Part shown: positions 1-7,559 of the stretch, in pieces
Layout: each line of letters opens with the position of its first letter
Position numbering within the stretch: position 1 is the stretch's first letter
Virus record (IMG/VR): IMGVR_UViG_3300024254_000027
Coordinates: 1-27,524 of that record
DNA length: 27,524 nucleotides
From: a virus
Lineage: Duplodnaviria; Caudoviricetes
Direction: 5' to 3' (one strand)
The notes under the pieces: model-generated
The model's database searches: none
What the model saw: only the letters and a program-made list of their open reading frames with translations
Told to the model about the DNA's origin: nothing
Program-made: the position numbers and the translations under genes

Positions 1-28
1 AATTCTTCAGTGCACGGGAGGCGGGACA

Positions 29-937
29 ATGACGATTGAACGCGATGTAGCAGGACAGAAACGTGGCCCCCTAGGACAGTTTGTAATGCGGACTATGGAG
101 TTGTGGCAAAAAGCCGCTGCTGACCCAGCAATGCAGCACGTTCCATTCGGCAGAGCGATAGAAATTCTGGAGAGAACCTACACCGTCAAGGAAATGACGC
201 AGCAGTGCGCCTGCGATGATTCCGGCCCCTGCAAGATGCACGGCGCAGCGGCGGCATCTCCTCAAGCCCCGGCCCCGCAGGGTGAACAATGCGCTCGAAT
301 CGCTTGCATGTTCTTTTGCCGAGATTACGAGCCTGCATTAGCAAAGTATTTTGACGATGCTCTAGCTGATGTGAAATCCCCCGGCGCGTCCCCAGGGCTG
401 GAGCGGATCGCGCAGGAGATCGCCAAAGAAGTTGCGGAGCGTTTTCCTGTAGAGCCGGGAGATTTTGATGTCAATGTTCTGGTGGCCGATAAGCCACGTC
501 TTTACCTGGAAACCATTGCAGAAATTGTATCCCGCAGCCTGGAGGGGCGCGGAGGGGAGCTGGACGCGCTACGCAGAGAGCGGGATGAAGCGAACACGAT
601 TTCAGGTAATGCTCTGGATGAAATCCGCCGTCTCACTGCTGCTGTGGTAGAAAATGATAAATCGGCCGGTGCATGGATGGTACGCGCTGAAACCGCTGAG
701 GCCCGAACCGCGCAACTAGATACAGAGCTCAAGGAATCCCAGGCCCGCAGCGGCAGAATCTTGCAGAGTTTGCAGGAAGCCGTAGACAGGGCCGCGCAAC
801 TGGAAGCGGCGTTGCGGGAAATTCGCAAGCAAATATGCTCAATCCCGCTATCACAAATCACCGCAATGGAAGAGCACGTTCGCTCACTGGCCGAGGCCGC
901 GCTGGGCCCCGTGGCGCAGGAGCCGAAGGCCAAATAA
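29..937 (+). CDS. Hypothetical phage protein with C-terminal coiled coil
   Basis: 302-aa ORF with GGGAGG SD at 16-21; Ala/Glu/Arg heptad-like C-terminal half; no family recognised. Confidence 0.7.
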   Translation: MTIERDVAGQKRGPLGQFVMRTMELWQKAAADPAMQHVPFGRAIEILERTYTVKEMTQQCACDDSGPCKMHGAAAASPQAPAPQGEQCARIACMFFCRDYEPALAKYFDDALADVKSPGASPGLERIAQEIAKEVAERFPVEPGDFDVNVLVADKPRLYLETIAEIVSRSLEGRGGELDALRRERDEANTISGNALDEIRRLTAAVVENDKSAGAWMVRAETAEARTAQLDTELKESQARSGRILQSLQEAVDRAAQLEAALREIRKQICSIPLSQITAMEEHVRSLAEAALGPVAQEPKAK

Positions 938-960
938 TGCCTTCCCACTGGCGCTTATAA

Positions 961-1001
961 TCCCACTGGACAGTGCTTCAAAAAGTTTAAAATAGTATAC
1001 T
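961..1001 (+). promoter_or_regulatory. Phage promoter P1: TCCCACTGG box, GTGCTT (-35, 973-978), N17, TATACT (-10, 996-1001)
   Basis: AT-rich intergenic gap; exact 17-nt spacer; same architecture repeated at 1992-2032. Confidence 0.75.
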
Positions 1002-1045
1002 GTCTTATAAATCGGGTTAAATACAACCCTTAAAAGGAGTAACAA

Positions 1046-1369
1046 ATGGCAGATCCAAACGTACCTCAAATCGACATGGCAGCCATCCAGGCTGAGGTGG
1101 ATAAACTCGCGCAGTCGGGGCAGTTGGAGGCTGAATACCTCAAGCTCCGCACCCGCCAGAAAACCCAGCAAAAGAAACAGCAGGGTTCCGGTGCGATGAA
1201 GGCATACCAGCAGAAGAAGAAGGCGATGGAGAAGCTGATCCGTGAAGCAATAGCCAAGAAGGGCCTGGCCGACCAACTCGATGCAAAGGCAGAGGAAGAT
1301 GCTGCTGCGAAGCACGAAGAGTGGTTGAAAACCCAGTCTGAGAACGAGCCTGAAGAAGTCGAAGCCTAA
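1046..1369 (+). CDS. Small helical Lys/Glu/Ala-rich hypothetical protein
   Basis: AAGGAG SD just upstream, directly behind promoter P1. Confidence 0.85.
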   Translation: MADPNVPQIDMAAIQAEVDKLAQSGQLEAEYLKLRTRQKTQQKKQQGSGAMKAYQQKKKAMEKLIREAIAKKGLADQLDAKAEEDAAAKHEEWLKTQSENEPEEVEA

Positions 1370-1377
1370 CCACCAGT

Positions 1378-1556
1378 TTGGCGCCGGTGTCCTGGACTAC
1401 ATCGACGCCAACGGGGTAGTGGGCTAACATTCAGCCTTCTGTACTACGGTGCAGCACTACCCCCGTTCGACATTTGGTGCAGCGCATGACGCACCAGCAG
1501 CCAGGTCGCCGCCCGCACCTGTAGGGGAAGAGGAGCATGATCTCCACCTCTTCCCC
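1378..1556 (+). ncRNA. Candidate structured intergenic RNA (five consecutive stem-loops including a three-way junction)
   Basis: Stems 1378-1411, 1410-1467 (inner hairpins 1422-1436 and 1439-1454 with cUACGg tetraloop), 1475-1496, 1502-1521, 1524-1556. Confidence 0.5.
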
Positions 1557-1586
1557 ATTGCTGTGTTTGGAGGTCGAGGAGGAATT

Positions 1587-1895
1587 ATGACTAAAGAAGA
1601 AATTCAGAACGAAGAAGATGTTATCCAATATTTTGGCGGAAGAGATGGAGTGAACATCGGCGTAGTAATGACGAACTTCGACCATACCATCGACAAAGAA
1701 CTGGAAGAAAAATTAAAGTCTACTCCCAAAACCGTTGCAGAGTATTCTGCGTGGGATTTCCACGGACAGGTCTTTTTTAAGGATGGGCAATTCCATTGTG
1801 CAGTCTCCCAGTACAAATCCTTCCAAAAACTTGTCTCGGCGGAGACTTTAGAAGAGATTATGGAGACTTGTTCTGGACTTTATGGAAGTGAATAA
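1587..1895 (+). CDS. Hypothetical protein (start revised to ATG 1587)
   Basis: GAGGAGG SD before ATG 1587, in frame with track ORF 1449..1895. Confidence 0.8.
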   Translation: MTKEEIQNEEDVIQYFGGRDGVNIGVVMTNFDHTIDKELEEKLKSTPKTVAEYSAWDFHGQVFFKDGQFHCAVSQYKSFQKLVSAETLEEIMETCSGLYGSE

Positions 1896-2004
1896 CCTTA
1901 AGAGGTTCCACCTCTTCGGATTCATACAGGAGTTCGTACAGCCCGGCGAAGCCGCCAAGCTAAACATTCACCTACCTAACCAGCTCTGGCTTCCCACTGG
2001 CTAG
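1888..2004 (+). CDS. Possible 38-aa peptide MNNLKRFHLFGFIQEFVQPGEAAKLNIHLPNQLWLPTG
   Basis: GTG start overlapping the previous stop and filling the gap; weak SD. Confidence 0.35.
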   Translation: MNNLKRFHLFGFIQEFVQPGEAAKLNIHLPNQLWLPTG

Positions 2005-2032
2005 TGCTTTGCAAAGTCATTTACGGTATAAT
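1992..2032 (+). promoter_or_regulatory. Phage promoter P2: TCCCACTGG box, GTGCTT (2004-2009), N17, TATAAT (2027-2032)
   Basis: Consensus -10 and the same upstream motif and spacing as P1; heads the long replication operon. Confidence 0.75.
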
Positions 2033-2065
2033 GAATGGCATAGAGCCAAGATTGGAGATCGCAGT

Positions 2066-2287
2066 ATGGCGCACTTAGGCAATGCGTTCGAGTGTGATGT
2101 TTGTAAGGCGGTAAAGAAACCAAACCTTGAGGAGAAGGGATGGTTAATAGGAGTGCCTGAACTCCCACTTGTAATCGCCAAGTGGAGTGAAACACTTGCA
2201 ATGTTTGGCCATACTTACAACCACCTTTGTGGTATTGAATGCGCACAGAAGTGGGTTGGGCAACAACTCTCGGCGGTGCAGTCATGA
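2066..2287 (+). CDS. Small putative zinc-binding protein
   Basis: GGAG SD; CDVC...HLCGIEC; ATGA overlap with next gene. Confidence 0.75.
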   Translation: MAHLGNAFECDVCKAVKKPNLEEKGWLIGVPELPLVIAKWSETLAMFGHTYNHLCGIECAQKWVGQQLSAVQS

Positions 2288-3300
2288 TCCTCAACATCTC
2301 CCGGGTTAAAGAATTCAACCAGTGCCGGCAGAAAATGAAATACCACCAGGTGGATGGGTTGGAAGAGAACTCGATCGCGATACCCCTCATGACTGGTGGG
2401 GCGTTCCATGAAGGGGCTGCAGAGTTTCTTGCACATAGAGACGTTCGTTTGGCTACGCAGACAGCTGAGACGAAATACCGAGAACGCCTCGTCGGCCAAA
2501 TGATCCTCCCTGAAGAGCGCGCCCAGATTGAGCAACAGATTGAGCTGTCGAAACGCATGGTTGACGTCTTCGCATCTCACTTCGACGACCACGAGATGGT
2601 GGTAATTTCACCTGAGGTGGAGTTTTGTGTGCCGATGAAGGGGACGGAGCATCATTGTTATTGGTTCCATAAACTCCTTCATCCTGATAAACCTAACCAA
2701 CCAGGGTATACTACCTTCACAGGAGGATGTGAAGATCCTCTCTGCATCCAACCCCACTACTTCCGTGGCAAAACAGACGCGGTGATTTCGTGGAAAGGTA
2801 AAATATGGCTGCTGGAACACAAGACGACAGCGATGACAGGGAATATTTTTTACGACAAATTTATGCTCGACTTCCAGACTACTGGGTACTTATACGGAAT
2901 TGGAAAAGCACTCGGTACCCGACCACATGGGTTTCTCTTGAACGTGCTCAAAAAGCCGAACAAAAACGCAAAGGATCAATTATCGGTATCTTTCGAACGC
3001 GAACCCTATCTTAGATCGGATGAGGACATCTCCCGCTTTGAATCCCAATTCATCCTGCAAGCGCAAGAATACGAGCGGGCAGTAACCGACAACATCATCT
3101 GGATGAATCCCGATTCATGTACGTCGTGGAATAGGCGTTGTTATTTTTGGGATACGTGTAAGAACTTCGGCCGTATCATCCCTGAACAATTTCGTCAGAA
3201 GGCTTTGGACTACGTCGACCTGGAATACTACCGTATTCTTAACCTCGAACCCCCACCGGAACGGTGCCTAGCTACACAGGAGGAGATGGTAAATGAGTGA
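2284..3300 (+). CDS. Cas4/AddB-like PD-(D/E)XK exonuclease with Fe-S staple cysteines
   Basis: N-terminal Cys (NQCRQK), GxxxH, KTD...LLEHKT catalytic motif, QxxxY, C-terminal C-x6-C-x5-C; start revised to ATG 2284. Confidence 0.85.
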   Translation: MILNISRVKEFNQCRQKMKYHQVDGLEENSIAIPLMTGGAFHEGAAEFLAHRDVRLATQTAETKYRERLVGQMILPEERAQIEQQIELSKRMVDVFASHFDDHEMVVISPEVEFCVPMKGTEHHCYWFHKLLHPDKPNQPGYTTFTGGCEDPLCIQPHYFRGKTDAVISWKGKIWLLEHKTTAMTGNIFYDKFMLDFQTTGYLYGIGKALGTRPHGFLLNVLKKPNKNAKDQLSVSFEREPYLRSDEDISRFESQFILQAQEYERAVTDNIIWMNPDSCTSWNRRCYFWDTCKNFGRIIPEQFRQKALDYVDLEYYRILNLEPPPERCLATQEEMVNE

Positions 3301-3463
3301 AGAGTCTTATATTCGTGCCGGGATGGAAGATAACCTTATAACTGCTTACCGGATGTATAAGGACAAAGGTGTTGCAGGTACTTATACATTTAAGGAAGGA
3401 GAGGTAAAGCTTTATGAGGTCGGAACCATTCTTCGAATCGACATTAAGGAGAAACAACCATGA
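3293..3463 (+). CDS. 56-aa hypothetical protein (not in ORF track)
   Basis: GGAGGAG SD, MSEESYIRAG...KEKQP, ATGA overlap with queC. Confidence 0.75.
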   Translation: MSEESYIRAGMEDNLITAYRMYKDKGVAGTYTFKEGEVKLYEVGTILRIDIKEKQP

Positions 3464-4137
3464 GCAAACCAATCGTGCTCTACTCCGGAGGGCTTGACTC
3501 CACCGTGTTGTTGTGGAGTTTAAGGCCTAACGTTAAGGCGTTGTTGTTTGATTATGGGCAGAGACACTCTAAAGAACTTAAGCAGGCGGTACAGATATGT
3601 CAAACTCACCAAATTGAGTGGGAGTTGGCGGATTTACAGTCAATCCGGGAGTTGATCTCATCTGGTTCTCAAACAGGCAACGAACCCGTCCCTGAAGGCC
3701 ACTACGCAGAAGAATCGATGAAGGCCACGGTTGTTCCAAACCGCAACATGATTATGCTTTCTATTGCGGTAGGATGGGCGGTCGCAACAAAATCTCCCTA
3801 CGTAGCATGGGCGGCTCATGCTGGGGATCATCCTTTATACCCCGATTGTAGGCCGGACTTCTTTGAAGCATTACGAAATGCAATAGAAATTGGAAATGCA
3901 TGGTCTAACGTAACTCTACAAGCTCCCTTTATTCTTAAAACTAAAGCTGAGATTGTCAAATTAGGGCACCAATTAGGTGCTCCTTTAGACCAAACTTGGA
4001 GCTGTTATAATTCAGGCCCCATCCATTGTGGCCGGTGTGGGACTTGTGTAGAACGGCAGGAAGCTTTTGCTTTAGCTGAAGTTGACGACCCTACAGAATA
4101 TGTAGACACTTCCTTTTGGAAGGAGAAGTGTAAATGA
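3460..4137 (+). CDS. queC: 7-cyano-7-deazaguanine (preQ0) synthase
   Basis: SGGLDS PP-loop, FDYGQRH, VPNRN, YPDCR, TWSCY, CGRCGTC zinc site. Confidence 0.97.
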   Translation: MSKPIVLYSGGLDSTVLLWSLRPNVKALLFDYGQRHSKELKQAVQICQTHQIEWELADLQSIRELISSGSQTGNEPVPEGHYAEESMKATVVPNRNMIMLSIAVGWAVATKSPYVAWAAHAGDHPLYPDCRPDFFEALRNAIEIGNAWSNVTLQAPFILKTKAEIVKLGHQLGAPLDQTWSCYNSGPIHCGRCGTCVERQEAFALAEVDDPTEYVDTSFWKEKCK

Positions 4138-4592
4138 CACATCTTTTTGCGGAAGAAGTCCATCGAGCATACTGGGCGGGATTATTTGATGGAGAAGGTT
4201 CTATTGGCCCTTTTGTTCAGGTAAACGGTACTGTAAGTATAAGAGTATCTGTAACACAGAAAAACTGGCCCTTCCTTGAAGGATTACGAGTAGAATTTGG
4301 TGGGGGAATATCAGAAAACCAAAACTCAAAAGGCACGTGGTGCCTTAACCTAGGTGGTATACAAAGTTGCAAGAAATTCCTACTTTATGTTTCTCCTTAT
4401 CTTATCCTTCGAAAAGATGAAGCTCGTTGGGCTTTAGTCTATCTAGATTTTCAACTCCAGCGTAAGAGAGGGCTACCCCTTTCTAAAGAGGAAGAAGTAA
4501 CCCGAATACTCATCCTAAATAAACTTGAAGAAGCTTCTGAACTTCGTAAAAACGGTTTTACGAAAAAAGTGGAGGAAGCCATTGCCCTCTAA
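4134..4592 (+). CDS. Free-standing single-motif LAGLIDADG homing endonuclease
   Basis: YWAGLFDGEGS helix, VSVTQKN, FGGGI, PYLILRK. Confidence 0.9.
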   Translation: MTHLFAEEVHRAYWAGLFDGEGSIGPFVQVNGTVSIRVSVTQKNWPFLEGLRVEFGGGISENQNSKGTWCLNLGGIQSCKKFLLYVSPYLILRKDEARWALVYLDFQLQRKRGLPLSKEEEVTRILILNKLEEASELRKNGFTKKVEEAIAL

Positions 4593-5370
4593 ATACAAAA
4601 CCGTCGCTTTCGACTCAATCGGCGAATTGGCCCGTTTGTATTTCTCGTTTGACATGAAGAAAACCGCCTCCGATATGGACACCATCAGAGCGTTGAACAA
4701 CTACAACGGTACCACCGAACGGTTAAACATGCTGATCCGCCGTTGCAAAAACCTCCGCGACCAAGGTGGGGATCATCAAGGGGTTAACGTCGTCTTCATC
4801 GCTCACGAGCAGATCGAGAAGGTTTACGCGAAAGGTGGAATGATCACAGCCAAAGGCCAAGCTCCCCAAGAACCAATCGCTATCAAAGGCCTCCCCGACA
4901 TGCCGGGCAAACAAACCCCTGAAGAAGTCTGTCGTGCTGCAGACAACGTGTTTCGCGTCCGTGCTCTCAACGGTCAAATCATCTGGCGCGCTATCCGTGA
5001 GCCTGTCGGAGGAGGGGGAGACTATTGGGAAGCGAAAGCACGGTTTGACTGCAAGAAGATCAACAACGGGTTTCTGCCAGTCGGTTACAACGAACTATTC
5101 GAGGCAGCAAAGAAGGCTGGCATCGAACTCGACCCAGCTTACATCTGGATTCTCTATGGAACTATCGGGATGGAGAAGACGCGCAGTTTGCTCAAATTCC
5201 CACGTCCAATCAAAATCTTCGACCTCGACCACGGTACCGTTGTAATCAAGCGTGAGGTGGAAGCCCTACGTAAAGCGGGTGAAATAATCGATATCGTCAC
5301 CGACATCGACGTAGAAGAAACCACCCACTACGAGAAGTTTGTGTCAGAATTGGAGGCCACTTTTGGCTAA
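4582..5370 (+). CDS. AAA_24/Sak4-like recombination ATPase, apparently circularly permuted
   Basis: YKTVAFDS (Walker B), NVVFIAHE, ADNVFR, and a C-terminal ILYGTIGMEKT...PRPIKIFDLDHG; probable TTG start at 4582 after GGAGG. Confidence 0.8.
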   Translation: MPSKYKTVAFDSIGELARLYFSFDMKKTASDMDTIRALNNYNGTTERLNMLIRRCKNLRDQGGDHQGVNVVFIAHEQIEKVYAKGGMITAKGQAPQEPIAIKGLPDMPGKQTPEEVCRAADNVFRVRALNGQIIWRAIREPVGGGGDYWEAKARFDCKKINNGFLPVGYNELFEAAKKAGIELDPAYIWILYGTIGMEKTRSLLKFPRPIKIFDLDHGTVVIKREVEALRKAGEIIDIVTDIDVEETTHYEKFVSELEATFG

Positions 5371-5569
5371 AATCGACATCACCATCAACACCAACTCTTG
5401 GCCGAAGTTACAGATGGTCATCTCAGCCAACGACGAATTTGGGAAGTCCATACTTCTGGACTCCAAAGAAAGATACGATTTGGCGTATACGAAGTTTGAG
5501 AATGATATACACAACGTACTACGCCCTATCGTCGAGTCTGTAGTAAAATCCAAAACACGAGGACAATAA
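5363..5569 (+). CDS. Small hypothetical protein
   Basis: GGAGG SD then TTG 5363, overlapping the previous stop. Confidence 0.65.
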   Translation: MAKIDITINTNSWPKLQMVISANDEFGKSILLDSKERYDLAYTKFENDIHNVLRPIVESVVKSKTRGQ

Positions 5570-5573
5570 TCCA

Positions 5574-5972
5574 ATGCCGTTACTCCAAGACAATATGCAA
5601 ACTGTTGCCGCGCTCGGTGATCTCCTGCCTGAGGGTTGGTACCACTTCCGTGTAAAACATGTTGAGTACAAGACTGAAGAGCAACGCGTACTCATCCAGC
5701 TCGCCTCACAAGAGGAAGGCACAACTGGTCGTATCGCTTTCGACAACCCACAGGTCAACCACCCAATGGGGTTGTCAAAACTGAAAGCATACTACACCGC
5801 GGTCGGTTACAACCCAGGACCTGAAGGGCACGATCCTGAAAAAATCCTTGACGGTGAGCTGTATGCTTACATCGTGCACAACACCGACGGGGACAAGAAA
5901 TACGCGAACGTCGCTCCCTGGTCCATTCGCAGCACGCAACAAGGGAAGGGTTCAAACCCGAAGGGGAAGTAG
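5574..5972 (+). CDS. DUF669-like single-stranded DNA-binding protein
   Basis: LLPEGWYHFRVKHVE signature; usual position after an AAA_24 ATPase. Confidence 0.7.
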   Translation: MPLLQDNMQTVAALGDLLPEGWYHFRVKHVEYKTEEQRVLIQLASQEEGTTGRIAFDNPQVNHPMGLSKLKAYYTAVGYNPGPEGHDPEKILDGELYAYIVHNTDGDKKYANVAPWSIRSTQQGKGSNPKGK

Positions 5973-6082
5973 TGCTCGACATCCTCTTCATCATCGGATG
6001 GTGCGTATTCATCATCCTCTACGAAAACCGTTATGAACGACGGTTTAACGAAAGACGCAGAAGACGTCTAGGGTTGAAATAA
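5972..6082 (+). CDS. 36-aa membrane peptide with Arg-rich tail (not in ORF track)
   Basis: GTG overlapping the previous stop; MLDILFIIGWCVFIILYENRYERRFNERRRRRLGLK. Confidence 0.6.
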   Translation: MLDILFIIGWCVFIILYENRYERRFNERRRRRLGLK

Positions 6083-6088
6083 TCAGCT

Positions 6089-6124
6089 GGAGAGGTGGAT
6101 TAGTAATACCACCTCTCCGTTTTG
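6089..6124 (+). terminator. Intrinsic terminator-like hairpin
   Basis: GGAGAGGTGG-N10-CCACCTCTCC perfect 10-bp stem followed by GTTTTT. Confidence 0.65.
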
Positions 6125-6134
6125 GAGAGTCAGG

Positions 6135-6593
6135 ATGGAAATCTGTAAGGAGTTCGAGTTTGAAGCCTCACATGTTCTACCCAACCACAAAGGGAAGTGT
6201 TCTAACCTCCACGGTCATTCGTGGAAGTTAACAGTCTACGTTAAAGGCCCTGTCGATTCCGAAACAGGTATGGTAGTTGACTACGCAGACATTAAGTCTT
6301 CCATCCAGCCAATCATTGATGAGTTAGACCACGCCCACCTCGGTGCCTGGCATACTTCCAAGGTTGAAATTGATTGGGCGGATGGCTGTGACGAGGCTTC
6401 TGGAACGAAATCAGTTCCTTGGTTAGTAAAAGACGGGAGTGACAAATTTAACCCTACCTCCGAAAACCTCCTGATCGAAATCGCCAAACAAATCGTCAAA
6501 CGCGGCCAGGTGTTTTCCTCCCTTACGCTTGATGAGACGTGCACAGTGTCGTGTCTGTTAACCTGGGAGGAATTCAATGCTCTCTCACGGTAA
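6135..6593 (+). CDS. queD: 6-carboxy-5,6,7,8-tetrahydropterin synthase
   Basis: FEASH, CSNLHGHSW, GMVVDY, LDH, PTSENL, ET motifs. Confidence 0.95.
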   Translation: MEICKEFEFEASHVLPNHKGKCSNLHGHSWKLTVYVKGPVDSETGMVVDYADIKSSIQPIIDELDHAHLGAWHTSKVEIDWADGCDEASGTKSVPWLVKDGSDKFNPTSENLLIEIAKQIVKRGQVFSSLTLDETCTVSCLLTWEEFNALSR

Positions 6594-6927
6594 TCCTCCT
6601 TATCTCGAATGTTCAGGCAAAGGAGATCGTAGATTCTCCGCATTTTACGCACGCGTAAACGGACGCACTATTGAGGAGCAATACCAAGCTGCGAAAGTCT
6701 TTGAAGACGGTTCGACTGGCCTCGACTGGCGCCGTGCGAAAGGGAGGAAGGCTGTAAATCAGGAAGAGGTAGCTGAACTTTACTCCCAACTGTGGGATAA
6801 GTACATTTCAGAACACCCAGAGCTGTTGGAAGTGCTGAAAGCCGCTTCAGGGTTAAGTGATATCTTCGGCCAAAAGGGTCACTGTTGTCAAGCTACCGAA
6901 CTTTGGAGAATACGTAATGCGGGCTGA
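6577..6927 (+). CDS. Putative NADAR-like protein
   Basis: RFSAFYA...IEEQYQAAKVF...AKGRK pattern resembles NADAR-superfamily ExxYQxxK; recognised by eye only. Confidence 0.45.
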   Translation: MLSHGNPPYLECSGKGDRRFSAFYARVNGRTIEEQYQAAKVFEDGSTGLDWRRAKGRKAVNQEEVAELYSQLWDKYISEHPELLEVLKAASGLSDIFGQKGHCCQATELWRIRNAG

Positions 6928-7294
6928 TACCAAAGCCGAGCTCCAGATGCTGCGCGAGATTGCCTGGTTCTACCTCCATGACAAGAAGTGTTACTTCTGT
7001 AATGGATATCTCATCGACTCACCCAAACGTATCGGTCTGCCTATTGAAGGTCTAACCTTCGGGCATCGTCATCATCAAAGATTCCCTCAAGACATCACCC
7101 TGCACCACATCGACGAAAACCGTGAGAATAACAAGCCAGACAACGTCGTGCTCTGTCATGACTCCTGTCACCGTTCCCACCACGCTGTAAAACGTTCCGC
7201 TCTACGAAAGGAGATAATTAAACGTTATGAAAGCCAAGAAAACCAAGAAGAAGCCAAAGAAGTCTCAACGCCCAGGAGCGTATTAAATGAGTAA
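6917..7294 (+). CDS. HNH endonuclease
   Basis: CYFC, LHHIDENRENN...NVVLCHDSCHRSHH; GGAG SD before ATG 6917. Confidence 0.85.
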   Translation: MRADTKAELQMLREIAWFYLHDKKCYFCNGYLIDSPKRIGLPIEGLTFGHRHHQRFPQDITLHHIDENRENNKPDNVVLCHDSCHRSHHAVKRSALRKEIIKRYESQENQEEAKEVSTPRSVLNE

Positions 7295-7559
7295 TCCCCT
7301 CACAACCGATATCGTCGTGCCGACTATTCTAGTTGATAGAATTGCCGGTATGATGGTGTTGTTACAAAAAGCCAATCCAGCAGACATCCTATATGAGCTA
7401 AAGGGTCTGAGGAAGATCGCAGGGGAGATCCAGCAGGAACTGCAGAAAATCCGAGGTCCCTGGGCTGTCTGTCATATCTGCAAACCTCCTTTGAGGTTAA
7501 GAACAGAAGAGCTCTACAAACACGATACGGAGGTTCATAATGCTTACCGAAGCAGGTAA
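7287..7559 (+). CDS. Hypothetical protein with C-terminal C2H2-like zinc finger
   Basis: CHIC-x13-H-x4-H; AGGAG SD. Confidence 0.7.
   Translation: MSNPLTTDIVVPTILVDRIAGMMVLLQKANPADILYELKGLRKIAGEIQQELQKIRGPWAVCHICKPPLRLRTEELYKHDTEVHNAYRSR

Noticed and set aside
1410-1480. tRNA gene suggested by GTTCGA at 1465-1470 and multi-stem structure
   Set aside because: GTTCGA is not enclosed by a T-stem and no cloverleaf or CCA geometry fits
1900-1935. preQ1-I riboswitch (AGAGGTTC...CCTCT)
   Set aside because: Loop is only 5 nt, the A-rich 3' tail is missing, and it is not directly upstream of a que gene
2284-3300. CRISPR-Cas locus because of the Cas4-like gene
   Set aside because: No repeat-spacer array or other cas genes; solo Cas4-like nucleases are common phage recombination genes
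4134-4592. Group I intron or intein housing the LAGLIDADG ORF
   Set aside because: queC is complete, the ORF overlaps both neighbours, and no intron core or intein termini are visible
6089-6134. preQ1 riboswitch upstream of queD
   Set aside because: No conserved UUC loop or A-rich tail; kept only as a terminator/anti-SD structure
7228-7287. Lys-rich micro-ORF MKAKKTKKKPKKSQRPGAY
   Set aside because: Nested in the HNH gene tail with long SD spacing; insufficient support
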